Virus record (IMG/VR): IMGVR_UViG_3300016476_000505
Coordinates: 1 to 26,108 of that record
DNA from: a virus
Strand: one strand, 5' to 3'
DNA length: 26,108 bases
The notes under the pieces are model-generated. The model did no database searches. It was not told where the DNA came from and saw only the letters and a program-made list of their open reading frames with translations. Positions within the stretch are counted from its first letter, which is position 1, and every line of letters starts with the position of its first letter. Position numbers and translations under genes: made by a program. Below are positions 1 to 8,896 of the stretch, piece after piece.

Positions 1-245
1 GATACTTGGACTTCAAACGTTGCCGTGAAAATGAACAAGCGAGTACGTATGCGTAAACCAAGAAGTAAAGCACCACCACTAAAAGAATTAGCGTTGCCCA
101 AAAGCGCAATGCACAAACCACTGCACGAACATGAAACGCTTGATGAGGCTGGGATGAGTAAGGTGGTACACAAAGATGGAACGCCCAAAAATCGCACCAC
201 CAAAGTACGACCCATTGAAGACGGGAAATCGTATCAGACTTGGAT
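1..245. repeat. Terminal direct repeat, copy 1. Same sequence as 25864..26108, implying a 25,863-bp circular, permuted or terminally redundant genome.
   Basis: Read by eye, 'gatacttggacttcaaacgttgccgtgaaaatgaacaagcg...gtatcagacttggat' is present at both window ends with no mismatch noticed. Confidence 0.9.
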
Positions 246-600
246 GAAATCGACAGGTCTAAAGCGAGCATTCCTGGCAGTCTACTCTGAATGTGGTAAT
301 TCTATATTGGCGTGCAATATTGTCGGACTTCACCCACGGCAAATCACTATATGGTTACGGGATGAGGACTTTGCAGAAGACTTTGATGTTGCAACGGAGT
401 ATGCAGTGGGATTATTAGAGCAAGAAGCCCGTAATCGTGCATTGGGTGGTTCTGATAAGTTGTTGGAGTTTTTGTTAAAGTCATTGAAGCCCGAAGTGTA
501 TCGGGAACGATACGAAGTCAAACAGGAAGTGGTTGGGGATTATGTCATTGACATCAGCATACCGCAACAAGAAACCAAGGACAGTACTTCGGACAGTTAA
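25..600 (+). CDS. terS: Terminase small subunit (putative, helix-turn-helix type)
   Basis: Sits immediately upstream of, and overlapping, the large terminase. Basic N-terminus. The segment 'GLHPRQITIWLRDEDFAEDF...LLEFLLKSLKPEVYRER' resembles HTH-type small terminases from memory. Assignment is mainly positional. Confidence 0.6.
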   Translation: MKMNKRVRMRKPRSKAPPLKELALPKSAMHKPLHEHETLDEAGMSKVVHKDGTPKNRTTKVRPIEDGKSYQTWMKSTGLKRAFLAVYSECGNSILACNIVGLHPRQITIWLRDEDFAEDFDVATEYAVGLLEQEARNRALGGSDKLLEFLLKSLKPEVYRERYEVKQEVVGDYVIDISIPQQETKDSTSDS

Positions 601-1759
601 GCATAGTAATGCAACAAAAGCGCAATACGAGTTTTGGACTTGCCCTGCTGAATACCGATTGTTTGTCGGTGGTCGTGGTTCTGGTAAGACCCGTGGTGGT
701 GCTGTTGAAGCGTTGCGTATGCCTGCCAATAGTCGTGGTATGGTAATCGCACCAACGTATATGATGTTGCGTGACGGCGCAATCGCAACACTGTTGGAAT
801 TGGCGCAACGTGCAAACATCCTAGAAAGTTGGAACGCAACACACTACGAAATGACGCTGTTGGGTAATCGCAAGATATTTTTCCGTAGTGCCGAACACGT
901 TGACAGAATCCGTGGTAACAACGTTGGGTGGTTGTGGTTTGACGAAATGGCATACTGTAAGAAAGAAGTGTGGACAGTTGCACTTGGAACACGGCGTGCA
1001 TCACCAATGAAAGTGTTCGCAACTACTACACCCAATGGTATGGATTGGGTATATGAATTGTGGCATAACGGCGACCCTGAACAATTTGCCATTATCCGTA
1101 GCCCAACCGCTGACAACGTCTTTGTACCACCATCGTATGTCGAAGCGTTGCGTAGCCAAATGACAGAGGAAATGTTTCGGCAAGAGGGTTTGGGCGAGTT
1201 CATTAACCCATCTGGTATGATGTTCAACCGTTCGTGGTTCACTATCACCGAAGAAATACCAACTGACTTACAGTGGTATAGATATTGGGATTTGGCAATG
1301 ACAACAAAACAGTCAAGCGACTACACCGCAAGTGCATCAGTAGCATTAGACAGTAGGGGTATACTATATGTAAGGGATGTAATTCGCACCAAGTCTGAAT
1401 ACCCCGAAGTCAAGCGGTTGATTGTGCAAACGATGTTGCAAGAACCTGACACAATTGTTGGCATTGAAGAAGCCGTTAGTGGATATGCGGCTATTCAAGA
1501 ATTGCGAAGATTGCCCGAAATTGCCAACATCACCCTGCGAGGAGTACGGGTAGACAAAGATAAAAAAACCCGTGCAATGCCGTGGTCTGCCAAAGCAGAA
1601 CAAGGATTGGTTGCACTACAGTACGATAAGAATTGGAATCGTATGTTCCTAGATGAAGTAGCGTCATTCCCAAATGGGATTCACGATGACATGGTTGATT
1701 CTGTTTCGGGAGCATTGGGAATGATTTCGCAACGCAAGTTAGATTGGGGGATTATGTAG
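542..1759 (+). CDS. terL: Terminase large subunit (ATPase plus nuclease)
   Basis: Walker A 'VGGRGSGKT', Walker B-like 'WLWFDEMAY', and a C-terminal RNaseH-like nuclease region ending 'FPNGIHDDMVDS'. The track starts the ORF at TTG 533. ATG 542 is equally possible, so the start is uncertain. Confidence 0.9.
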   Translation: MSLTSAYRNKKPRTVLRTVKHSNATKAQYEFWTCPAEYRLFVGGRGSGKTRGGAVEALRMPANSRGMVIAPTYMMLRDGAIATLLELAQRANILESWNATHYEMTLLGNRKIFFRSAEHVDRIRGNNVGWLWFDEMAYCKKEVWTVALGTRRASPMKVFATTTPNGMDWVYELWHNGDPEQFAIIRSPTADNVFVPPSYVEALRSQMTEEMFRQEGLGEFINPSGMMFNRSWFTITEEIPTDLQWYRYWDLAMTTKQSSDYTASASVALDSRGILYVRDVIRTKSEYPEVKRLIVQTMLQEPDTIVGIEEAVSGYAAIQELRRLPEIANITLRGVRVDKDKKTRAMPWSAKAEQGLVALQYDKNWNRMFLDEVASFPNGIHDDMVDSVSGALGMISQRKLDWGIM

Positions 1760-3787
1760 ATGCCAATACAATCATTACCGTATTGGGTAGACCAACTGAA
1801 AACAGATGGTAAGTTGGCAGGAACGATTGACGCTTACGAGCGCAACCCTGTTGTGTATCGTGCTGTCAATTTACGATGTGATGCAATCAGTAGTGTACCG
1901 TTCAAAGTCGAACGCAATGGTGAAGAGAGTGATTGGCACTTTACCACACCGTTGCCGTCATTGATTCGTGATACCGAACGGAGTCTACTGTTGACGGGAG
2001 CAGCATTTTGGTTGCGATTAAAGCGTGGCAAAATCCTGTTGGGATTCCGTGTATTGAATCCACTGACAATGCGTGTGCATTACAATCAGCAGGATTATGA
2101 CCCAATGAATCCACTTGCATCATTCCGCTTTGAGCAAGTCGTTGGTGCAAACAAGTGGACGTTCACAAGTGAAGACATTGTCTACTTCCGTGAACCAAGT
2201 TTCACCGATGAAGTAAAAAGTGGTTTAGCACCTGCCGAAGTAGCGCAACAATCAGCGCAACTGAATTACTACTTGGAACGCTTTAACAGTGCGTTCTTCG
2301 AGCATGGTGCGCAACCAATCACTATCATGTCAATGCCATCTGACGTGACACAAGCGGAAGCGCAACGGTTCGAAAACGATTGGCGAAGCAAAGTTACAGG
2401 GCTTATCAATTCATTCCGAACTGTCTTTATCCGTGGGGGTGACATTAAGACCACGGTGATTACACCACCATTGAAAGATTTGATGTTGCCTGAATTGTAT
2501 GACAACACCGTGAAGTCTATTTCAATGGCACTTGGAGTACCACGAACTATGTTGGAGGCGAGTGCTGCCAACTATGCTACTGCTGAATCCGACAGAAAGT
2601 CGTTTTGGCGAGAAACCGTTATTCCACGTATACCACTGTATGAGTACAACATCAACGACCAACTGTTATCTGAATTGGGGTATCGCCTGACATTCCAACC
2701 TGAAGCGTTGGACGTGATGCAAGAAGATGAAAATCAGCGTGCATCGTCATTGAAGTTACTTACTGACGCTGGTGTACCACTGAAAGATGCCATGATTATT
2801 CTTGGTTTCGATTACGAGATTACACCGCAAACAGTGTTGCCACCAAGTGTAAGCGAAGATGTGTACGTTGAAGAACCACCACGGGAAGTAGAAGTCGCAA
2901 GCGTAACAGAGGAAGTGGTTGAATCAGAAGTAGACAAACCACTGCCACGTTCATACAAGTTGTGGCGCAAGAAAGCAGAGCGTCAAATCAATGCTGGAAA
3001 GTCAATGGACTTTGTTTTCGTGAGTGAAGAAATTGATGCTGAAGACCATGCGTGGATTTCGTACAATCTTCAGTTATGTAAAGACTCCCACGATGTCAAG
3101 CATTTGTTTGACTCCCTGAAAGCAAGCATTAGTGAATCAGAGCGACCACTGTATAACGCTGTTGTTGCGACATTGAAGTCCATTGGTGATGACTTTATTG
3201 CCAATGTGATTCCTATGATTTCTTCTGGTTCGGTGCAAGAAGATGACGCACTGTTTGAGGAATTGGAAGTGGTAATGCGACCACTACTGTATCAGCGAGC
3301 GTTTAATCGGTTATCGGAATTGCAAGACCGCTACACCATTGACATTGATGATGCGTTGGAAGCCACGTTGATTAACGAGCAAATTGATGCGTACATGCCA
3401 AAAATGATTAAGGGAATGACAGATACCACCTACGCATTGGTTAAGCAGATTATTGACAAGGCGCGACTTTCTGGTGGGTACACCAACGAGCAACTTGTTG
3501 CATTACTGTCACCTGCATTTGGGAAGCGACGTGCTGAAATGATTGCGGTAACAGAGTACACACGTTCCGCTTCAATGGCTACTACGGTCTATAGTAATTA
3601 CTTGGCTGACTTTGGGGTGAAAACGGTTCGGGTATGGAATACCGAAAACGATGAAATTGTGAAGCGTTGCCCAATCTGTTATCCGTTGAACGGCAAGACA
3701 GATGATGTGTGGAGTGAGAAATACCCTGATGGCGCACCTGCGCACCCACGTTGCCGTTGTGACGTGTCAATAAGGATTGTACGATGA
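1760..3787 (+). CDS. Portal protein (HK97-type) fused in frame to a MuF/SPP1 gp7-like head morphogenesis domain
   Basis: The N-terminal ~400 aa look portal-like ('YERNPVVYRAVNLRCDAISSVPFKV') and sit right after terL. An acidic linker follows. The C-terminus 'WNTENDEIVKRCPICYPLNGK...PAHPRCRCDVS' is the hallmark MuF/gp7 motif. Confidence 0.8.
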   Translation: MPIQSLPYWVDQLKTDGKLAGTIDAYERNPVVYRAVNLRCDAISSVPFKVERNGEESDWHFTTPLPSLIRDTERSLLLTGAAFWLRLKRGKILLGFRVLNPLTMRVHYNQQDYDPMNPLASFRFEQVVGANKWTFTSEDIVYFREPSFTDEVKSGLAPAEVAQQSAQLNYYLERFNSAFFEHGAQPITIMSMPSDVTQAEAQRFENDWRSKVTGLINSFRTVFIRGGDIKTTVITPPLKDLMLPELYDNTVKSISMALGVPRTMLEASAANYATAESDRKSFWRETVIPRIPLYEYNINDQLLSELGYRLTFQPEALDVMQEDENQRASSLKLLTDAGVPLKDAMIILGFDYEITPQTVLPPSVSEDVYVEEPPREVEVASVTEEVVESEVDKPLPRSYKLWRKKAERQINAGKSMDFVFVSEEIDAEDHAWISYNLQLCKDSHDVKHLFDSLKASISESERPLYNAVVATLKSIGDDFIANVIPMISSGSVQEDDALFEELEVVMRPLLYQRAFNRLSELQDRYTIDIDDALEATLINEQIDAYMPKMIKGMTDTTYALVKQIIDKARLSGGYTNEQLVALLSPAFGKRRAEMIAVTEYTRSASMATTVYSNYLADFGVKTVRVWNTENDEIVKRCPICYPLNGKTDDVWSEKYPDGAPAHPRCRCDVSIRIVR

Positions 3788-4242
3788 ATGTTACAGTGAC
3801 TATACCAAAGCACTTGTTGAGCAACCTACGAGGGCTTTCCAAGCATGTTGTAGAACCAACATTGGTAGCAGTGGCAACTGAAACTATGCACAAGTTACAA
3901 TCGCAAAAACCACCACCGCCACCACGGGGCAAGATGCGTTTCAAATCGGAACGTCAACGCAAGTTTGTTATGATGTCTATCCGCAACGGGAGCATTGACG
4001 TTCCATACCGACGTGGTATATCTGCCAATTCACAACGAATGAACCGTTCGTTTCGATTAGTGAAGTCACCACAAAGTGTGTACCTAACTAACACCGCTAC
4101 CTACCATCGGTATGTGATTGGCGACAAACAAGCGGAAATCCATCGTAATCGTTGGAAAACCGCAACCGCAATGGCAAGGGAAGTTATGTCAAGCGGTGTT
4201 GTTGAGCAAGTGTTGAAGACCACCATAGAGAGGATGTTTTGA
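3784..4242 (+). CDS. Hypothetical head-module protein
   Basis: ATGA overlap with the portal gene. 152 aa, basic, with a poly-Pro stretch. No family recognised. Confidence 0.5.
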   Translation: MNVTVTIPKHLLSNLRGLSKHVVEPTLVAVATETMHKLQSQKPPPPPRGKMRFKSERQRKFVMMSIRNGSIDVPYRRGISANSQRMNRSFRLVKSPQSVYLTNTATYHRYVIGDKQAEIHRNRWKTATAMAREVMSSGVVEQVLKTTIERMF

Positions 4243-5045
4243 TGCCAACATACGTACCACCGCAAGAAGTGGCTGATGTTGCAAAGGAAGCGTTGCAGGT
4301 GCGCCAATCCAAACCACCAAGTCAACGTGGTGGAACTACGATTGGGATTGCCCGTGCAAACCAACTTGCCAATCGCAGACCAATCAGCATTGAAACGATT
4401 TATCGCATGGTTTCCTACTTCGACAGACACGAAGTCGATAAACAAGGAAGTACATGGGATGAATATGGCAAGGGAAAACAAGCATGGAATCTTTGGGGTG
4501 GTGATGTTGGCAGAACGTGGGCAAACCGTATTGTTAAGGAGTATGAAATGCAAGACAAGAAGTCATTGGTAGTCGTGGAATCAGAGCATGAGGGTAATCC
4601 GATTTGGTGTGTTGATTACGATGACCCTGAATCCATTGAGCCACTTGCCTGTTTTATGTCGCAAGAAGAAGCCAATGCGTTTAAGTATGGTATGGACTAC
4701 GCAATGGAGTCAATGGGTGAATCAGAAGACATGGTGGAAGTTGAAGTGGAAACCAAAGTCGATATGACGATGGCAGAGCGTGATGCGTTGCCTGATGAAG
4801 ACTTCGCAATTCCGTCAAGCCGTAACTTCCCTGTTGCCGTACCGCAAGACGTTGCAGATGCAGTGTCTTCGTGGGGTAGGTATCGTGGTGATGTGTCATT
4901 TGAAACATTCAAAGAGAACCTGATTCGTATTGCCAAGCGCAAGGGGCGCGACTTCTACGCAATGCTGCCTGAATTGTGGCGCAACGAGTTGGAAGCGCAA
5001 GACATGGTTGCGAAATCATTTGCCCGTAAAATCTTGGGTGCTTGA
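4242..5045 (+). CDS. Hypothetical head-module protein (possible scaffold-related or accessory)
   Basis: TGATG overlap with the previous gene (the track uses TTG 4239). The acidic middle and C-terminal 'LPDEDFAIPSSRNFPVAVPQDVADAVSSWGRY' resemble a motif I recall near phage protease/scaffold genes. Not verified. Confidence 0.5.
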   Translation: MPTYVPPQEVADVAKEALQVRQSKPPSQRGGTTIGIARANQLANRRPISIETIYRMVSYFDRHEVDKQGSTWDEYGKGKQAWNLWGGDVGRTWANRIVKEYEMQDKKSLVVVESEHEGNPIWCVDYDDPESIEPLACFMSQEEANAFKYGMDYAMESMGESEDMVEVEVETKVDMTMAERDALPDEDFAIPSSRNFPVAVPQDVADAVSSWGRYRGDVSFETFKENLIRIAKRKGRDFYAMLPELWRNELEAQDMVAKSFARKILGA

Positions 5046-5077
5046 CATAAAAGTTATAATGATAGTAGGAGGTAATA

Positions 5078-6676
5078 ATGGACACATTGGTTCGGACGTT
5101 CACATCAGAAGTTAAATCGGTTGGTGACTATACCATCAAAGGACGTGCAATCGTTTTCGGTGGCAAAGACTTGGTTGGTGATAGGTTCACCAAAGAAACT
5201 GACTTGGGTGCAAGTCGTTCGTTCTTGGGGTTGCCCGTATATTACGACCACGCACTAGGTGGTGCAAAGAAACAGATTGGGCAAGTCAAGACTTGGGAAA
5301 TCACTGACGATGGCATTGATGTTGAAATCGAAATCGACAAACGTGTATCGTATGCTGACAAAGTGATGGAACTTGTGCGTAAAGGCGTTCTTGGAATGTC
5401 CACGGGTTCGTTGCAACACTTGGTACACCGTCAAGACGGTGAATTGAAGCGGTGGGTAGTAGGAGAGTTATCGTTAACCCCTACCCCTGCAGAGCCACGT
5501 ACCATTGCCCGAAAATCATGGAAGACGATTGGGAATCCATCGTTAAGTGAAAAGGGTGGTAATAATAATGATTCGACACACAACACTGTAGGAGTTACTA
5601 CAACTATGAACAAGGATGAATTGAAGAAAATGTTGGCGGAAATTGCCAACGATGAAGCCGTTGGTGAGCCTGTTAACGGCGGTGGTGTTTACACGGGTGG
5701 TGCGCCAAGCGTCAAAAAGCACACCAAGATGGGTTTCAAAGACGACTTGAAGAGTGCGCAACTTCACTACCTGCGAACAGGTCGTGAGAACGAAGCCGTC
5801 AAAGCCACGTTGCAGGAAGATTCTGGCACGGGTGCGTTGTTGGTGGAAAAAGATTGGGAGCGTGAAATCACTGCCAAGCGTAACGAGAAAAGTATTCTTG
5901 GTGCATTTCCCATTACCCGTCGTACTGTAAATCGTGAGTACTACGATGTTAACGCCGAGGACGGACAGAGCGATTTCGCCTTTGTCGCTGAATTGGGTAG
6001 TGCCAACGTAGACGAGCCCACGTTTGCTCAACGTTCGATTCGGTTGTACAAGGCTTCATTGGCGATGCGTATTTCCAACGAGTTGTTGGAGGATACCACT
6101 TCGAACTTGGAAGACTTCCTTACTGAATCAATCGCCCGTGCATACGCCCGTAACGTCAACAACTACTTCTTGACAGGTACGGGTTCTGGTCAACCACAGG
6201 GTATTGTGCCCCGTGTAACCAACATTGTTACCCTTGCCACTACCACGGGCTTGTCGGTTGACAACATCGAAGCCATGTACCACGCCTTGCCAAGTGCTTA
6301 CCATCAGAACGGTGAGAACGGTTGGGCAATGCGTATGGCAACGTTGGGGGCTATTCGTGGATTGCAGTTGAACGGTTCGTTTGCGTATCAGAACACCCCT
6401 GCTGGTGGTTCAACCGCCAATGGTCAAGAGCAACTGAAGTTCAAGACCGTTCTGCCAACTGATGGTATGCCTGCAATGGCGGCTAGTGCCAAGTCAATTA
6501 TCTTTGGTAATTGGACGTATGCACGCTTCATTGAGCATAGCGGTGGCTTGAAGATTTCACGCAACCCGTATGTGTACGAGGCGACAGGTGAAACCGCTTT
6601 CTTCGTGACCGCCCGTTGGGGTTCGGACTTGATTCTCCCCGAGGCAATGGTCATTGGGCGCAACGCCGCTTCATAG
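5078..6676 (+). CDS. Prohead protease (HK97/S78-like) fused to an HK97-fold major capsid protein
   Basis: Strong RBS 'taggaggtaataATG'. The N-terminal ~150 aa are protease-like ('GRAIVFGG...VYYDHA...GMSTGS'). A low-complexity linker follows. The C-terminal ~350 aa are capsid-like ('FVAELGSANVDEPTF...LAMRISNELLED...TGTGSGQPQG'). Confidence 0.8.
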   Translation: MDTLVRTFTSEVKSVGDYTIKGRAIVFGGKDLVGDRFTKETDLGASRSFLGLPVYYDHALGGAKKQIGQVKTWEITDDGIDVEIEIDKRVSYADKVMELVRKGVLGMSTGSLQHLVHRQDGELKRWVVGELSLTPTPAEPRTIARKSWKTIGNPSLSEKGGNNNDSTHNTVGVTTTMNKDELKKMLAEIANDEAVGEPVNGGGVYTGGAPSVKKHTKMGFKDDLKSAQLHYLRTGRENEAVKATLQEDSGTGALLVEKDWEREITAKRNEKSILGAFPITRRTVNREYYDVNAEDGQSDFAFVAELGSANVDEPTFAQRSIRLYKASLAMRISNELLEDTTSNLEDFLTESIARAYARNVNNYFLTGTGSGQPQGIVPRVTNIVTLATTTGLSVDNIEAMYHALPSAYHQNGENGWAMRMATLGAIRGLQLNGSFAYQNTPAGGSTANGQEQLKFKTVLPTDGMPAMAASAKSIIFGNWTYARFIEHSGGLKISRNPYVYEATGETAFFVTARWGSDLILPEAMVIGRNAAS

Positions 6677-6688
6677 GAGTAACGTGTA

Positions 6689-6895
6689 ATGCAGGTAAGA
6701 CTAAACGTGTCGATTGCCTACTACGTTGATGGTAGCCTGCGTACCGCTGGCATCGGGCAGGTCGTAACAGACCTGCCCGTGTCGGACGCTATGCGACTGA
6801 TTCAAGATGGTAGTGCGACAGAGGAAACACCGCCTGAAGCACCATCAACGGAAGCCGAACCGCAACCAAAACGGCGAACCCGACGAGGTGAATAA
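6689..6895 (+). CDS. Small hypothetical protein after the capsid gene
   Basis: AGGAG lies 9 nt upstream. 68 aa with a Pro/Glu-rich and basic tail. Translationally coupled to the next gene. Confidence 0.45.
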   Translation: MQVRLNVSIAYYVDGSLRTAGIGQVVTDLPVSDAMRLIQDGSATEETPPEAPSTEAEPQPKRRTRRGE

Positions 6896-7512
6896 TGGCA
6901 TACGTAGAAGTTTCTGACATTAAGGCGTTCTTGGAAATTGAATCCAATGCAGATGATACGATTATCGAAAATCTCATTGAGGCAAGTAAGAAAGTCATTG
7001 ATGAGCATTGTGGTCGTACATTTGAGAGTTGGGGCGACATCAATGAACATGGACATCGGCATACTATTTATAGATACACCCCATTACCGCAAAAGTATGG
7101 TGGTGACATCTTGGCAGATGGGTTGACGTTGATGCTGGGCGATGATTGTTGCGAAGTACATGAAGTAATCAACGGGGATAACGTTGTAATTCCGTCAACG
7201 GAGTACATCACACTCCCTGCCAACGTTTCACCAAAGTATGCAATCAAGTTGCGCCAATCTTCTACGTACCGTTGGACATATAGCATTCACCCCGAACAAT
7301 CAGTACGTGTTGAGGGGGTATTTGCATTTAGTATGCACGCACCCGAAGACATTATTCAAGCATCACGGTTGCTGGTAAAGTATTTCTACACTACCCGTGC
7401 AGATTCTAGTGACTCTGACCGCACGATTGTTTCTGGTGGTGTAACAATGACCCCATCACAGATTCCAAAGAGCGTCTTGTCAATATTGAAACCGTATGTG
7501 AGGTTGAGTTAA
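6895..7512 (+). CDS. Head-tail connector / adaptor (gp6-like N-terminal domain)
   Basis: 'VSDIKAFLEIESNADDTIIENLIEASKKVIDEHCGRTF' matches the typical gp6-like head-tail connector opening. Position after the capsid gene fits. Confidence 0.65.
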   Translation: MAYVEVSDIKAFLEIESNADDTIIENLIEASKKVIDEHCGRTFESWGDINEHGHRHTIYRYTPLPQKYGGDILADGLTLMLGDDCCEVHEVINGDNVVIPSTEYITLPANVSPKYAIKLRQSSTYRWTYSIHPEQSVRVEGVFAFSMHAPEDIIQASRLLVKYFYTTRADSSDSDRTIVSGGVTMTPSQIPKSVLSILKPYVRLS

Positions 7513-7970
7513 TGGGAAGTAATCTTGCAACAATCGTGAATGCGATTTCAGCATTGCCAATACAGTACGATGGGAAAACCATTGATATTCGTATTGGTTC
7601 GACATTGCCTGAAACACCAAGCATTGCGGACTTACCAATGCGTATGATTAGTGCAATGCAATCAAGCGGTGGGCAAGTCAAACGGTTGACGCTTGGTTCA
7701 AACCCTGTTATCAACTTCCGTTGGCAAATCACCGACATTCTTCTTGGGCAGCAGGTTGGATTAAATCGTGGTATTAAATCGCAATCTGGTGCGTTATTCA
7801 CTTACGCTTCCACGTATGCACAACAGATTCGTAGTCTAGTAACTAACACTTGGCAAATCGAAGATGTTGCAATCAGTGTTGACGTATTGGAACTTCCAAG
7901 TGAATCTGGGAATTACTACTACGGGGTTCGGTGTGATTTGACGGTCAAAGAAATAGTACAAGGAGCATAA
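7512..7970 (+). CDS. Putative neck / tail-terminator-type protein
   Basis: TAATG coupling and a position between the connector and tube genes. No motif recognised. Confidence 0.35.
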   Translation: MGSNLATIVNAISALPIQYDGKTIDIRIGSTLPETPSIADLPMRMISAMQSSGGQVKRLTLGSNPVINFRWQITDILLGQQVGLNRGIKSQSGALFTYASTYAQQIRSLVTNTWQIEDVAISVDVLELPSESGNYYYGVRCDLTVKEIVQGA

Positions 7971-7974
7971 TCAC

Positions 7975-8415
7975 ATGGCACAAACGACAGGTGCAATGAC
8001 GGGAGCGGTTGCAACGCTTGAAATCAACGTCAACAATTCAACTTGGGTGAGCATCGCTGGTTCTACCCAATCAGTAGACAGTGTTGACTTTGCGGTTGTC
8101 CGTGGAAACCGTGGCACGTTGGATGGTGCAACCAATATCATTCTGACAGGACGGCAAGAAGAAACCACCGTAACGGTCAATGCGTTGTACACCGAAGTTG
8201 CTGATGAAGCGTTGCTGAAAGCAATCGGTTCTATCAAAAACAACTACCCGTGTAATGTACGATGGTCACCTGCTGGTGCTGGTGGTGCAACATACACTAC
8301 CCAAAACGGTTTGGTATCAAACGTGCAACTTCCCAATGCTGATTCTTCGGCTGGTGAACCATTGATGTTTAGCCTTACCATCTTGTGTGGTGGTATTGCC
8401 ACTAGCATTTCATAA
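7975..8415 (+). CDS. Major tail (tube) protein, paralog 1
   Basis: RBS 'aaggagcataatcacATG'. 146 aa. Position upstream of the chaperones and tape measure. Clear paralogy with the next ORF. Confidence 0.6.
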   Translation: MAQTTGAMTGAVATLEINVNNSTWVSIAGSTQSVDSVDFAVVRGNRGTLDGATNIILTGRQEETTVTVNALYTEVADEALLKAIGSIKNNYPCNVRWSPAGAGGATYTTQNGLVSNVQLPNADSSAGEPLMFSLTILCGGIATSIS

Positions 8416-8428
8416 GGAGTAGACTACT

Positions 8429-8896
8429 ATGGCACAAACGACAGGGGCAATTACGGGAGCAACGGGGAAAATCGAAATGTCGGTTGACAACGGAAGTACG
8501 TACATTGACATTTCTGGTTCGGCATCGTCTATTGATGGTATTGACTTTTCCCGTGTAACAGGTTCGCAGACTACGTTTGCAGGTGAGTATCGCATTATTA
8601 CCGCTGGAAAGCAACTTCCAACGACCATCACCATCAATGCGTTGTATACCGAAGTCAACCAAGAATCAGCAAAACTTGCGGTGTCTGGGTTGAAGAACAA
8701 GCAACCAATTAAGTTGCGATGGCAGTATGCTGACGTTGGCGCAACCACGTATTACCGATGGTTCAACATTGGAACGGGGCGTGTCGGTGTGGTAACACTG
8801 CCTGAATCAAACGCTGAAAACGGCGAGCCAATCATGGTTTCGTTTACCGTTGAAGTTGGCGGTGTTGACTACGAACTAATTGAGCCTGAAGAGTAA
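8429..8896 (+). CDS. Major tail (tube) protein, paralog 2
   Basis: RBS 'aaggagtagactactATG'. 155 aa. Shares 'MAQTTGA.TGA', 'S.D..DF..V.G', 'T.T.NALYTEV' and 'GEP.M.S.T' blocks with 7975..8415. Confidence 0.6.
   Translation: MAQTTGAITGATGKIEMSVDNGSTYIDISGSASSIDGIDFSRVTGSQTTFAGEYRIITAGKQLPTTITINALYTEVNQESAKLAVSGLKNKQPIKLRWQYADVGATTYYRWFNIGTGRVGVVTLPESNAENGEPIMVSFTVEVGGVDYELIEPEE

Noticed and set aside
481-819. Numerous 60-160 aa ORFs antisense to, or out of frame with, the long genes (e.g. 481..819-, 4101..4553-, 4276..4572+, 8905..9318-, 10627..10998-, 18307..18699+)
   Set aside because: These are shadow ORFs fully embedded in well-supported genes. They lack RBSs and have odd composition (Cys/Arg/His-rich). 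No evidence of overprinting.
5042-5060. TTGACA plus TATAAT as a sigma70 promoter for the capsid gene
   Set aside because: The spacer is only 7 nt, against the 16-18 nt required. I kept it only as an iteron-copy observation.
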